Source of the DNA: Burkholderiales bacterium
GTDB lineage: Bacteria > Pseudomonadota > Gammaproteobacteria > Burkholderiales > SG8-39
Assembly: GCA_038329645.1 (NCBI GenBank)
Contig: JBBQNG010000001.1
Span: 5,933-69,932 of the forward strand
DNA length: 64,000 bases
Direction of reading: 5' to 3'
A program made the translations under genes and the position numbers. The notes under the pieces were generated by a model. It was not told the DNA's origin and did not search any database. It saw only the letters and a program-made list of their open reading frames with translations. The first letter of the stretch is position 1; each line of letters starts with the position of its first letter. Positions 1-9,729 of this stretch are shown here, piece after piece.

Positions 1-512
<512 letters not shown>

Positions 513-538
513 CGCAACCGGGTTTGGAGGAGGAGACC

Positions 539-573
539 AGCCGCCGCGCCACAGAGCGCGGCGGCTTGTTCTT
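539..573 (+). terminator. rho-independent terminator shared by convergent aceA and the flavoprotein gene
   Basis: Perfect 11-bp stem AGCCGCCGCGC (539-549) / GCGCGGCGGCT (556-566) with loop CACAGA and tail TGTTCTT (567-573). It overlaps the TAA (572-574) of the minus-strand gene. Confidence 0.7.
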
Positions 574-1780
574 ACCTCCAGCGCTGCATCGAGTAGCCGC
601 CCAGCATCGGCCGCTGCATCATCTCGCGGAAAATCTGGCGGCCCCAGTTGAATTCCTTGTACAGCACCACGAACCGCCACATGTCGCGCAGCACCCTGGC
701 GCGGTCGCGCCAGCCCAGCGCCATGAGCGCCGCGGGGAAATCGGCCTCGTGCGGCTTGTCGAAAGCGATCTTGAGCGGGTTCCACTGGTCCGTCGTGCGG
801 CGCACCTCGGAGGCGATCATCCGGCGGTAAGTCTCCTGCATCGGCCGGTTGGTCAGGCGCGCTTCCACGATGGCTTCGCCGCTGATCGCGCCCGAATGCA
901 GCGCGCAGCTCATGCCTTCGCCGATCATGTTGAGGAATCCGGCCGCCTGCCCGGTGATCAGCACGTTGCCCTTGCCGAACACGTAGCGGTTGATGAGCGA
1001 GGGCCCGAAATTCTCCGCACATCCCTCGTCGTCCGTGTGGGCGTGCAGGTGCACGCCGTGCTTCTCCGAAAGGTAGTTGACGACATTTGCGTGCTTCGCG
1101 GCGAAATTGTCGCCGCGCTTGAAACCGACCCCGACGATCTGCCGGCCGTCCCGGGCATGGCTCCACGTGTAATGGCCGAGGCCCGGGTGAAACCAGAAAT
1201 GGAAGTACGCCTCGTCGAGCGGGCATTCGATGATGTCGTGGAACTTCTGCCCGACGAAAAACCAGGGGATCTGCTTGGGGTAGTCCGGGTAGATCGAGCG
1301 GATCACCAGCGAGCTGGGGCCGTCGGCGCCGATGACCTGGCGGGCGCGGTACTCGACCGGTTCGCCTTTCTTGCGCGCATGCACCAGCACGTGGTCGCCG
1401 TTGTCCTCCAGCCCCGCGAACGAGGTCTGGTCGTGGATTTCCGCACCGCTGCGCTTGATCGCCCAGTAATCGGAATACTTGCGGTGCAGGTGCGGCGTGG
1501 TGCCGCCGAAAAAATCCATCGATAGCGACACCATCGACGGGAAGTGGAAGGTCACGCCCCTGCAGGAGGTCGGCTCGTGCAGCGCCTCGCGCGGCAGCGG
1601 GCCGAAATTCTCGAGCAGGAAACGGTGCCCGCGCGGCGACAGGATGCCGCTGCAGATCTTGTGGCGCGGCAGTTCCTTCCTCTCCAGGACAATCGTTTCC
1701 AGCCCGGCATCGACGAGCCGCTTGGCGGCTGCGGCGGCCGACAGGCTCGCGCCGACGATGATTACATCAACGGACCGCAT
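572..1780 (-). CDS. FAD-dependent oxidoreductase, geranylgeranyl-reductase-like flavoprotein
   Basis: 402-aa ORF with an N-terminal dinucleotide-binding fold DVIIVGASLSAAAAAKRLVDAGLETIVLER. HKICSGIL and LITGQAAGFLN (GDAAG-like) motifs are typical of GGR/FixC-type flavoproteins. It is the last gene of the 3-gene cluster. Confidence 0.75.
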   Translation of the reverse strand: MRSVDVIIVGASLSAAAAAKRLVDAGLETIVLERKELPRHKICSGILSPRGHRFLLENFGPLPREALHEPTSCRGVTFHFPSMVSLSMDFFGGTTPHLHRKYSDYWAIKRSGAEIHDQTSFAGLEDNGDHVLVHARKKGEPVEYRARQVIGADGPSSLVIRSIYPDYPKQIPWFFVGQKFHDIIECPLDEAYFHFWFHPGLGHYTWSHARDGRQIVGVGFKRGDNFAAKHANVVNYLSEKHGVHLHAHTDDEGCAENFGPSLINRYVFGKGNVLITGQAAGFLNMIGEGMSCALHSGAISGEAIVEARLTNRPMQETYRRMIASEVRRTTDQWNPLKIAFDKPHEADFPAALMALGWRDRARVLRDMWRFVVLYKEFNWGRQIFREMMQRPMLGGYSMQRWR

Positions 1781-1804
1781 GGATGCTCGCTCTGTGCATA
1801 GCCG

Positions 1805-2719
1805 TCAATGATCCGCCAATTCCGCCACGTGCACTACAGGGTGGGTGCCGTGCCGTTCAAACGCCGCTGCGTCCTCCAGGCTCTCCACCACGATGCGTTC
1901 GACGCCGAGGCCTTTCAGGATCCAGCCGGCCTGGCCCATCGCGGGAATAGCGATGCGCTGCAGGTCCAGGTTGAGGCTGCAGCCGGACTCCGCGCGGAGG
2001 CGGTCGTAGTGCTTCACCAGGCGCTCGTAGTCGCGGTGATAGGAGCGCGGCTCGATCACATACAGGTCGGTCTTGCGCAGTCCTTTGCGAACTGAATCGA
2101 GGCTGCTGAGGGCTTCGCCCAGGCCGGTCACCTGCGCCCTGGGCAGCCAGGCCCGCAGGTGCCTTTTCCAGAACCCGTCTTCCACCACGATAGTGCGAGC
2201 CGCCTTCAGGCCGGCGACGAATTGCGCGCGCCGCGCGGCGGAAACCGGGATCCCCGCCTGCAGCGCCTGGATGATGTCTTCGCCCGGGTCCTCGCAGGTC
2301 GCGGCGCCGAGCAACGCTGCGATGCGTGCGAGCGTTTCGCCATTCTTCCTGAGGGCCGGCGCAGGAATGAACACGACGGGCGAGGCCTGGCGCGGGCGTC
2401 CGGACGCCGGCAATTCTTCCGTTGCCGTTGCGCCGCCGAGCTGTGCGCGCAGCCCGAGCGTCATGCCGACCAGGTCGATCTCCTCGGGGCATACCGGCTC
2501 GCAGGCGCCGCACAAAGTGCACGACTGCAATGAGGCGGCAATATCGGCCGCGGTGGCGCCATGCTGGAGGGCCCTGGCGCGGCCTTCGGGCGTCATGCGC
2601 GGATCGTGCGTCTGCCGCCACACCGGGCACACGAGCAGGCACAGGCTGCAGCCGCTGCATGCGGCGTGGTCGCTGCGCGCGGCTGCGCCCCGGGTCGCCT
2701 CCTTTGCCGAGCCGAACAT
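1805..2719 (-). CDS. GlcF-like (Fe-S)-binding protein with two 4Fe-4S motifs and a cysteine-less CCG-like C-terminal half
   Basis: The ATG at 2719-2717 overlaps the upstream stop (TGATG). It carries CSGCSLCLLVCP and CTLCGACEPVCP ferredoxin-type motifs. The longer ORF-track version (to 2965) has an R/P-rich N-terminus that overlaps the upstream gene, so I rejected it. Confidence 0.75.
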   Translation of the reverse strand: MFGSAKEATRGAAARSDHAACSGCSLCLLVCPVWRQTHDPRMTPEGRARALQHGATAADIAASLQSCTLCGACEPVCPEEIDLVGMTLGLRAQLGGATATEELPASGRPRQASPVVFIPAPALRKNGETLARIAALLGAATCEDPGEDIIQALQAGIPVSAARRAQFVAGLKAARTIVVEDGFWKRHLRAWLPRAQVTGLGEALSSLDSVRKGLRKTDLYVIEPRSYHRDYERLVKHYDRLRAESGCSLNLDLQRIAIPAMGQAGWILKGLGVERIVVESLEDAAAFERHGTHPVVHVAELADH

Positions 2720-4296
2720 CAGAAGATCACGTCGCGGTTGAGGATCATCGCGGGATCGGCCTTGCGCTTCATCGCAAGGTGCCTGTCCACCAGCGCATCG
2801 CCGAACACGCGGCGGATGTAGCCTTTCATCATGCCGCCGAAGCGGTAGTAGCTCGCGCCGATATCCACGCCGATGTCGTAAATCGCGTTCTTGAACGACT
2901 GCAGGTGGTCGCGGCTGTAGGTCCTGCCGTTGGTCATCGGCTCGAATTCGCAGCCGTAAGCCCACCCTTGCGCATCCGGCGGGATGCAGGACATCTCGTA
3001 GTGTTCGCGATGCTCAGGCCGCAGCCGTATGCCGACGCAGTACAGCGTGTAGCGCGGAAAGTATTTGCGGCACACCGCGTTGCCGCGCTCCACCGCATCG
3101 GCGAATTTTTCCGCCGTCGTGGCGAGGTCGGGGATTACCATCTGCCGGCCGCCCCAGAATTTCCACACCGCCCGCGAAAAGACCACGGTGCGGTCGAGCA
3201 TCACGCCGTCGCGCATGTATTCGGGCCGTTGCAGCTCCGGGAACAGCTCGCGCTTCCTTTGCAGCAGGAACCAGGCTTCGCCGAGCTTCCACGGACGCAG
3301 CGCGTAGCGGGCTATTATGCGCAGGCCGAAGCCGAATTCGCCGTGGCCGCGCAGGCGCGCCTCAAACCGCGACCGGAACGCCGCCTCGCGCTCGGGCGAA
3401 TCGAAAGCCACCAGCAGGTTCACTGCGCAATCGAGGATGGTGAGGATGCCCGAATAGTCGCTCGCGTCGTTGGCATCGAGCATCTGCAGGTCCTCGATCG
3501 CGGTGCGCAGCGACGAGTAGTAGTAGTAGTGCATGCGCAGCGGCGTGTAGGGTCGCACCCTGAGCGTGGCCTCGGTGATGACGCCGAACTGGCCATAGCC
3601 GAGGATCACCCGCTCGAAAAGTCCGGCATTGTCGATATCCGAGCATTCGACGATCTCGCCGGTCGGCGTGACCACCTGCAGGGCCAGCGCCTGGTCGGCG
3701 CTGCAGCCCAGGCGAGGCGAATTCACGTCGATGCCGCCCACCCCGAGCGTTCCGCCCACCGACGAGGTCAAGTTGAGGGGTGCGGAAAGATAGTCCAGAT
3801 TTTCGCGGCGCAGCTCCTCGGCCAGGCTGTGCCAGTAGATGCCGGCCTGGGTGCGCACCGTGAGGCCTTCGCGATCGATCCTCATTACGCGGCTCATGCC
3901 GGTCATGTCGAGCAGCACGCCGCCGAAGGCCACCGACTCGCCTTCGGTCGTGAGCCCGCCGCCGCGCACCGTCACGGGCACCCGATGCGTTTGCGCCAGT
4001 TTCAACAGGCCGGAGATCTGCTCTGCGCTGCGCGCCAGCACCACACCGTGAGGCAGGCCGTACGCGGTGCCGCCGGCATCGGTCGCGTAAGCGCCGCGCG
4101 CCGCCATCGACTCGGAAAGCTCGATGCCCGCCACGCGCACGTCAGCGGCGAATTCTGTCCAACCGTCGCCGCGCCAGCGTGCCGCGTTGGTCTGCTGGCG
4201 CTTGATGCCGTGCAGGGCGTCCGGCGCCACGGGGCAGGGACCGAGCGTGCCAGGCTCGACGGTATCGAGGCAGGTACGGGCCGCTACGGCTTGCAC
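2719..4296 (-). CDS. FAD-binding (PCMH/VAO-type) oxidoreductase
   Basis: 525-aa ORF with a GTG start at 4296, 13 nt after the yggT stop. VVLARSAEQISGLLKLAQTHRVPVTVRGGGLTTEG and GYGQFGVITEATLRVRP are typical FAD-binding-4 domain motifs. An internal ATG (Met64) is an alternative start. Confidence 0.8.
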   Translation of the reverse strand: MQAVAARTCLDTVEPGTLGPCPVAPDALHGIKRQQTNAARWRGDGWTEFAADVRVAGIELSESMAARGAYATDAGGTAYGLPHGVVLARSAEQISGLLKLAQTHRVPVTVRGGGLTTEGESVAFGGVLLDMTGMSRVMRIDREGLTVRTQAGIYWHSLAEELRRENLDYLSAPLNLTSSVGGTLGVGGIDVNSPRLGCSADQALALQVVTPTGEIVECSDIDNAGLFERVILGYGQFGVITEATLRVRPYTPLRMHYYYYSSLRTAIEDLQMLDANDASDYSGILTILDCAVNLLVAFDSPEREAAFRSRFEARLRGHGEFGFGLRIIARYALRPWKLGEAWFLLQRKRELFPELQRPEYMRDGVMLDRTVVFSRAVWKFWGGRQMVIPDLATTAEKFADAVERGNAVCRKYFPRYTLYCVGIRLRPEHREHYEMSCIPPDAQGWAYGCEFEPMTNGRTYSRDHLQSFKNAIYDIGVDIGASYYRFGGMMKGYIRRVFGDALVDRHLAMKRKADPAMILNRDVIF

Positions 4297-4309
4297 AGTG
4301 CCTCCGGGT

Positions 4310-4882
4310 TCAGAGCATCCCCGCGACCAGCGTGCGCCCGTACGAGAGCGGGATCAGCAGCACCTGCAGGAGCACGAGCAGCACCAGCGGCGAGAGATCG
4401 ATGTTCGAGACCGGCGGCACGAAACGGCGGATGGGCCGCAGGAACGGCCGCACCATGGCATCGAACACGGAGCCGATCGGCGAATGCGGGTTGGTCCACG
4501 ACAGCACCGCTTGCACGATCAGGGCGAAGATCAGGATGAACAGGCTGAAGCGGAGCAGGTCGACGAGCGCGAGCGCGAACAGCACCATCGCGACCGGGCC
4601 GGGCGCAGCGGAAAGGTCGTAGCCGCGCAGCATGTACACGATTGCGAGCGTCGCGGCCTGCAGGATCCAGGCGACCAGGAATGTGGGCAGGTCGAACCCG
4701 GCCAGGCCCGGGATCACGCGCCGGGCGGGCATCACGATCCAGTTGGTCAGGGCAATGATGAATTCGCCGAGCTGGTTGCGGAACGAAACGCGCATCCACT
4801 GGAAATGAAAGCGCGCGAGCAGCAGGAAAACGATGAAGCCCGAGATCGAGTCGATGAGGAATTCGAGGATCTGCGCGACCAT
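4310..4882 (-). CDS. yggT: YggT family membrane protein
   Basis: 190 aa starting from the ATG at 4882 (MVAQILEFLIDSISGFIVFLLLARF...). It shows the duplicated hydrophobic YggT pattern and conserved proC-yggT synteny. The upstream part of the ORF overlaps proC. Confidence 0.8.
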   Translation of the reverse strand: MVAQILEFLIDSISGFIVFLLLARFHFQWMRVSFRNQLGEFIIALTNWIVMPARRVIPGLAGFDLPTFLVAWILQAATLAIVYMLRGYDLSAAPGPVAMVLFALALVDLLRFSLFILIFALIVQAVLSWTNPHSPIGSVFDAMVRPFLRPIRRFVPPVSNIDLSPLVLLVLLQVLLIPLSYGRTLVAGML

Positions 4883-4886
4883 GCGC

Positions 4887-5702
4887 CTAGGCGTCCTTGC
4901 CGAGCAGCTTGCCCAGCTCCGCGCCGCGGTCGCTGGCCGCCTTGAGCGCCTTGCCGATCCGGCCTGCGAGATCCTCGGCCGCAAAGACCTTGAGCGCGGC
5001 CTCCGTCGTGCCGCCTTTCGATGTCACGCGTTCGCGCAGCGTACCGGGAGGCTCGGCGCTTTCGGCCGCCAACCGCGCCGCGCCAACGAAGGTCTGGATC
5101 GCGAGCTTGCGCGCAGCCTCGGGCGCGAGGCCCAGCTCGACGCCGGCTTTTTCGAGCGCCTCGATAAAATAGAAAACGTAGGCCGGGCCGCTGCCGGAGA
5201 CCGCGGTCACCGGGTCGATCAACGATTCGTCGTCGACCCACACAGTCTCGCCCACAGCCTCGAGAATGCTTTCGGCGCCCTTGCGCTCGTCGGCGCTGAC
5301 TTCGGGTCCCGCATAGAGCCCGGCGATCCCGGCGCCGATGAGCGCAGGCGTGTTTGGCATGACCCGCACCAGCTTCGTATACCCGCCCAGCCAGCGCGCC
5401 AGGTCCTCCAGGCGAATGCCGGCCGCGATGCTGATCACGACCTGCTGACTGAGCTTGCCCGCAAGGGAAGCGACGGCCTTGCGCATGTCCTGCGGTTTCA
5501 CCGCGAGGACGATGGCGTCGGCTGAAAAAGTCAGCGCATCTGCGGCGTCGCTGACATGGATCTTGTATTTCGCGGCCAGGTTTTCGCGCGCCTGCGCGAC
5601 GACTTCGACCACGCAAATCGAATCGGCCGCATAGCCCTTGGCGAGCAACCCGCCGATGAGCGCGCCCGCCATGTTGCCGCCGCCGAGGAATGCGATCTTC
5701 AT
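4887..5702 (-). CDS. proC: pyrroline-5-carboxylate reductase
   Basis: MKIAFLGGGNMAGALIGGL Rossmann start and ...VMPNTPALIGAG...SGSGPAYVFYFIEAL...VTSKGGTTEAAL. The ATG at 5702 overlaps the yggS stop by 4 nt. Confidence 0.92.
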   Translation of the reverse strand: MKIAFLGGGNMAGALIGGLLAKGYAADSICVVEVVAQARENLAAKYKIHVSDAADALTFSADAIVLAVKPQDMRKAVASLAGKLSQQVVISIAAGIRLEDLARWLGGYTKLVRVMPNTPALIGAGIAGLYAGPEVSADERKGAESILEAVGETVWVDDESLIDPVTAVSGSGPAYVFYFIEALEKAGVELGLAPEAARKLAIQTFVGAARLAAESAEPPGTLRERVTSKGGTTEAALKVFAAEDLAGRIGKALKAASDRGAELGKLLGKDA

Positions 5703-6400
5703 GCCGCCGTCTTTGTCTTGGGTCTCGCACCGAAAATCGCCGTGCCCACGCGCACCATCGTTGAGCCTTCGGCCACGGCGGCTTCCAGGTCCTGCGACAT
5801 GCCCATCGACAGCGTGTCCAGGGCGGCGCCCTCTTCGTTGAGGCGATCGAAAAGCTCGCGCACCGAGCGGAACCTGCGCTGCTGGAGTTCGGGATCGTCG
5901 GTCGGCTCGGGAATCGCCATCAGGCCGCGCAACCACAGGCGTGGAATCGGGGCGATCGACCGCGCCAAAGCTGCGACCTCATTTGGCGGCACACCGCTCT
6001 TGGTCGCCTCGCCCGACACGTTGACCTGGATCAGGACATTCAGCGGCGGCGCATCGGCTGAGCGCGCTTCGGACAGGCGAAGTGCGACTTTTTCCCGGTC
6101 TATGGTGTGCACCCAATCGAAGCATTCCGCCGCTGCGCGCGCCTTGTTGCTCTGGAGCGGGCCGATCAGGTGCCAGTGGATGCCGGGAGAACCGAGCTCC
6201 TTGCGCTTGGCAAGGGCTTCCTGCACATAATTCTCGCCAAAACTGCGCAATCCGGCGGCGACCGCTTCCTCGATTGCGGCAGGCGGGACGGTTTTGGTTA
6301 CCGCAAGCAACTGGACGATCGACGGGTCGCGGCCGGCAGCGCGCGCCGCGTTGCGGATGCGCGCTGCGACAGCTTGCAAGTTATCATTGATTGCCGCCAT
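5699..6400 (-). CDS. yggS: YggS family pyridoxal-phosphate-binding homeostasis protein
   Basis: 233 aa with LLAVTKT (PLP lysine), FGENYVQE, HLIGPLQSNK and SMGMSQDLEAAVAEGSTMVRVGTAIFG. Confidence 0.9.
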   Translation of the reverse strand: MAAINDNLQAVAARIRNAARAAGRDPSIVQLLAVTKTVPPAAIEEAVAAGLRSFGENYVQEALAKRKELGSPGIHWHLIGPLQSNKARAAAECFDWVHTIDREKVALRLSEARSADAPPLNVLIQVNVSGEATKSGVPPNEVAALARSIAPIPRLWLRGLMAIPEPTDDPELQQRRFRSVRELFDRLNEEGAALDTLSMGMSQDLEAAVAEGSTMVRVGTAIFGARPKTKTAA

Positions 6401-6480
6401 AATTTTCCACCTGAGTTTCCCGCGCGCATCTCAGACGGCAGCGCGCGCCTCTCGCCTCACCTTCCCCCGGGGGAATTGTA

Positions 6481-7524
6481 ATGGATCTGACCGAGCTCCT
6501 CGCCTTCGTAGTCAAGAACAAAGCCTCCGACCTGCACCTCTCCTCCGGCCTGCCGCCCATGATCCGTGTGCACGGCGACGTGAAGCGCATCAACCTCCCG
6601 GCGATGGAGCACAAGGACGTGCACGGGATGATCTACGACATCATGAACGACGGGCAGAGGAAGTTCTACGAGGAGAACCTCGAGTGCGACTTCTCGTTCG
6701 CGATCCCGAACCTCGCGCGCTTCCGCGTCAACGCGTTCGTGCAGCAGCGCGGCGCAGCCGCGGTGATGCGGGTGATCCCCTCCAAGATCCTGTCGCTCGA
6801 GGACCTCAAGGCGCCGAAGATCTTCAAGGACATTTCCGACTACCCCCGCGGTGTGGTGCTGGTGACCGGCCCGACGGGCTCGGGCAAGTCGACCACGCTG
6901 GCCGCGATGGTCAACCACAAGAACGAATCGGAGGAAGGCCACATCCTCACCATCGAGGACCCGATCGAGTTCGTGCACGAATCCAAGAAATGCCTGATCA
7001 ACCAGCGCGAGGTCGGCCCGCACACGCTGTCGTTCTCCAACGCATTGCGCAGCGCCCTGCGCGAAGACCCCGACGTGATCCTGGTGGGCGAGATGCGCGA
7101 CCTCGAGACCATCCGCCTTGCGCTCTCGGGTGCGGAAACGGGCCACCTGGTGTTCGGTACGCTTCACACCTCCTCGGCCGCGAAGACCATCGACCGGATC
7201 ATCGACGTGTTCCCCGCGGCGGACCAGGACCTGATCCGGGCGATGATCTCCACAAGCTTGCGCGCGATCATCTCGCAGACGCTGCTCAAGACCAAGGACG
7301 GCGGCGGGCGGGTCGCGGCCCACGAGATCATGATCGGCACGCCGGCGATCAACAACCTGATCCGGGAAGCCAAGATCCCGCAGATGTACTCGGCGATCCA
7401 GACTGGCTCGCAGCACGGCATGCAGACGCTCGACCAGAACCTGACGGACCTCGTCAAGCGCAATGTCGTCTCGCTCGCCGAAGCGCGCAGCAAGGCGGCC
7501 AACAAAGATTCTTTCGCGGGATAG
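6481..7524 (+). CDS. pilT: type IV pilus twitching motility ATPase PilT
   Basis: 347 aa with ASDLHLSSGLPPMIRVHG, Walker A GPTGSGKSTT, ILVGEMRDLETI and GHLVFGTLHTSSA. Confidence 0.93.
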   Translation: MDLTELLAFVVKNKASDLHLSSGLPPMIRVHGDVKRINLPAMEHKDVHGMIYDIMNDGQRKFYEENLECDFSFAIPNLARFRVNAFVQQRGAAAVMRVIPSKILSLEDLKAPKIFKDISDYPRGVVLVTGPTGSGKSTTLAAMVNHKNESEEGHILTIEDPIEFVHESKKCLINQREVGPHTLSFSNALRSALREDPDVILVGEMRDLETIRLALSGAETGHLVFGTLHTSSAAKTIDRIIDVFPAADQDLIRAMISTSLRAIISQTLLKTKDGGGRVAAHEIMIGTPAINNLIREAKIPQMYSAIQTGSQHGMQTLDQNLTDLVKRNVVSLAEARSKAANKDSFAG

Positions 7525-7534
7525 GAGACCGGAC

Positions 7535-8671
7535 ATGGAAAGCGAACAGGCGACGAAATTCATCTATGACCTCCTGCGCGCGATGCTCGCGAAGAAGGGC
7601 TCCGACCTCTTCATCACGGAAGGTTTCCCGCCGGCGATGAAGGGCGACGGCAAGATGCAGCCGCTGTCGCAGACGCCGCTCACGTCACAGCACACCGCGA
7701 TGCTTGCCCGGGCGGTCATGAACGACAAGCAGGCCGCCGCGTTCGAGGCGACGAAGGAATGCAACTTCGCCATCAGCCCGTCCGGTATCGGGCGTTTCCG
7801 GGTGAACGCATTCCTCCAGATGCAGAAAGTCGGCATGATTATGCGCACGATTACCACCGCGATCCCGGAGTTCGACGACCTGAAGCTGCCGCCGGTGCTG
7901 AAAGACGTAATCATGACCAAGCGGGGTCTGGTCCTCTTCGTCGGCGGCACCGGCTCGGGCAAGTCAACCTCGCTCGCGGCGATGATCGGCTACCGCAATG
8001 CGAACTCGTACGGGCACATCATCACCATCGAAGATCCGGTCGAATACGTCCACCCGCACCGCAACTGCATCATCACGCAGCGCGAGGTCGGCGTCGATAC
8101 CGATTCCTGGGAGGTCGCGCTCAAGAACACCCTGCGCCAGGCGCCGGACGTTATCCTGATCGGCGAGATTCGCGAACGGGAGGTCATGGAGCACGCGATC
8201 GCCTTCGCCGAGACCGGCCACCTTGCTCTGGGCACGCTGCACGCCAACAACTCCAACCAGGCGCTGGACCGGATCATCAACTTCTTCCCCGAGGAGCGCC
8301 GCCACCAGCTGCTGATGGACTTGTCCCTCAACCTCAAGGCGGTGGTGTCGCAGCGCCTGATCCCGGTGAAGGAAGGCAAGGGGCGGGCCGCCGCGGTCGA
8401 AGTGCTGCTCAACTCGCCGCTGATCGCCGACCTGATTTTCAAGGGCGAGGTCACCGGCATCAAGGAGATCATGAAAAAGTCGAAGGAGCTTGGCATGCAG
8501 ACCTTCGACCAGGCCCTGTTCAACCTGCACGAGGAAGACCGCATCAGCTACGAGGATGCGCTGCGCTTCGCCGATTCGACCAACGAAGTGCGCCTCAACA
8601 TCAAGCTCAACGGCAAGGGCTCGAAGAGCCGGGACCTCAACGAAGGCATCGCCCACCTGGACATCGTCTAA
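7535..8671 (+). CDS. pilU: PilT-family retraction ATPase PilU
   Basis: ATG at 7535 preceded by AGGAG (7523-7527). It carries GSDLFITEGFPPAMK, GGTGSGKSTSLAAM, ILIGEIREREVM and GHLALGTLHANNSNQ. It sits immediately after pilT. Confidence 0.9.
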   Translation: MESEQATKFIYDLLRAMLAKKGSDLFITEGFPPAMKGDGKMQPLSQTPLTSQHTAMLARAVMNDKQAAAFEATKECNFAISPSGIGRFRVNAFLQMQKVGMIMRTITTAIPEFDDLKLPPVLKDVIMTKRGLVLFVGGTGSGKSTSLAAMIGYRNANSYGHIITIEDPVEYVHPHRNCIITQREVGVDTDSWEVALKNTLRQAPDVILIGEIREREVMEHAIAFAETGHLALGTLHANNSNQALDRIINFFPEERRHQLLMDLSLNLKAVVSQRLIPVKEGKGRAAAVEVLLNSPLIADLIFKGEVTGIKEIMKKSKELGMQTFDQALFNLHEEDRISYEDALRFADSTNEVRLNIKLNGKGSKSRDLNEGIAHLDIV

Positions 8672-8736
8672 GGCGCATCGCCGGGTGGGGCGCGAGCGCC
8701 CGCAACGGGCCGTATAACAAAAGTGTTATCCGAATT

Positions 8737-8767
8737 GGCTTGGGGACCGCTCCCGGAGCCATTCTTG
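8737..8767 (+). terminator. possible pilU terminator hairpin
   Basis: GGCTTGGGG-ACCGCT-CCCGGAGCC (8737-8760; 7 Watson-Crick pairs, 1 G.T wobble and 1 mismatch) followed by ATTCTTG. The U-tail is weak. Confidence 0.35.
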
Positions 8768-8804
8768 CAAAACAAATCTGTGAAATTGTGAAGGAAACAC
8801 CCGC

Positions 8805-9083
8805 ATGAAGAAGACCGACCTGGAGAAATTGCAGGGCCTGCGCCTGAAGCCCCAGCCCGGCGCCGCCGGCGCCGCGGGGCAATTCGGCAAGGAGGCGCCG
8901 GCGGTGCCCAGCCGGCGCGAGCAGCGCGATATCGACCGCGCGGCCGGTCTGGTGCCGTTCGCGGTCAAGCTGAACGAGGCGCTGGTCGCCAAGCTGCACG
9001 CGCTCGCCGAGAAGCGCGAGGGGAACCTCAACGACGTCGTCGCCGAGCTGCTCAAGAAAGGCATGGAGAGCAAGGCCAAGTAG
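8805..9083 (+). CDS. small hypothetical protein with ribbon-helix-helix-like C-terminus
   Basis: 92-aa ORF with ATG at 8805. The C-terminal part VPFAVKLNEALVAKLHALAEKREGNLNDVVAELLKKG has a strand-helix-helix pattern like CopG/Arc RHH domains. No closer family recognised. Confidence 0.55.
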   Translation: MKKTDLEKLQGLRLKPQPGAAGAAGQFGKEAPAVPSRREQRDIDRAAGLVPFAVKLNEALVAKLHALAEKREGNLNDVVAELLKKGMESKAK

Positions 9084-9088
9084 ACGCC

Positions 9089-9496
9089 ATGCCCGCCGCG
9101 GACATCGTCATCTCGGAAGCGGAAGTCGAGATCACCGCGGTGCGCGCGCAGGGCGCCGGCGGCCAGAACGTAAACAAAGTCTCAAACGCGATCCACCTGC
9201 GGTTCGACGTCCGCGCCTCTTCCCTCCCTGACGCGGTCAAGGAGCGCCTCCTCAGGCTGTCCGACCAGCGCCTCACGCGCACCGGCGTGGTGGTGATCAA
9301 GGCGCAGCAGCACCGCAGCCAGGACATGAACCGCGCGGAGGCCATGGCGCGCCTCCACGAGCTGGTGCAAAGCGCAGCCTTCGTCCCCAAGAAGCGCCGG
9401 CCGACCAAGCCCAGCCGCAGCGCGAAAAAGAAGCGGGTCGAAGGAAAAGTCCTGCGCGGGCGAATCAAGGCGCTGCGTGGCAAGGTCGTCGACTGA
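9089..9496 (+). CDS. arfB: alternative ribosome-rescue factor ArfB (peptidyl-tRNA hydrolase, GGQ)
   Basis: 135 aa with RAQGAGGQNVNKVSNAIHLRFD (GGQ motif) and a basic C-terminal tail KKRRPTKPSRSAKKKRVEGK. Confidence 0.9.
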   Translation: MPAADIVISEAEVEITAVRAQGAGGQNVNKVSNAIHLRFDVRASSLPDAVKERLLRLSDQRLTRTGVVVIKAQQHRSQDMNRAEAMARLHELVQSAAFVPKKRRPTKPSRSAKKKRVEGKVLRGRIKALRGKVVD

Positions 9497-9729
9497 GATT
9501 TCTTCCGTTTTCGCGCGAGCCGCCTTGGCTCTGCGAGACACGAAACCGAAGTCCCTATCGGATCAGAAGTTTGTTGCGTTTGGCGCCGGGTAACCCGGGG
9601 ACTGCGTCATCGCTCGACACACCAACGTTTTGATTTCTAGCGAAGTTGACGACGGCCTCGAATGGGCGCGACCATGCTATCCGTCGCCCTACAACGGGTA
9701 TTGCACGTTAGCCGTCTAGGAGGATTGCG

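Noticed and set aside
3521-3535. Trinucleotide repeat (TAC)4 on the coding strand, giving YYYY in the FAD oxidase
   Set aside because: With only four in-frame units it is too short and too benign for phase variation.
2422-4539. 705-aa plus-strand ORF antisense to the FAD oxidase and yggT genes
   Set aside because: The translation is R/A/G/P-rich and low-complexity with no recognisable motifs. It fully overlaps genes with clear family signatures. This is the typical antisense open frame of high-GC DNA.
9585-9609. GCCGGGTAACCCGGGGAC resembling the L'-spacer half (CGCCGGTAACGCGGGAC) of the 10541-10604 attC-like site
   Set aside because: The similarity (about 15/18 with two indels) is suggestive of an older decayed attC upstream of the methyltransferase cassette. 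However, the segment is also a self-contained CCGGG-TAA-CCCGG hairpin. It lacks R boxes, so I cannot separate the two explanations by eye.
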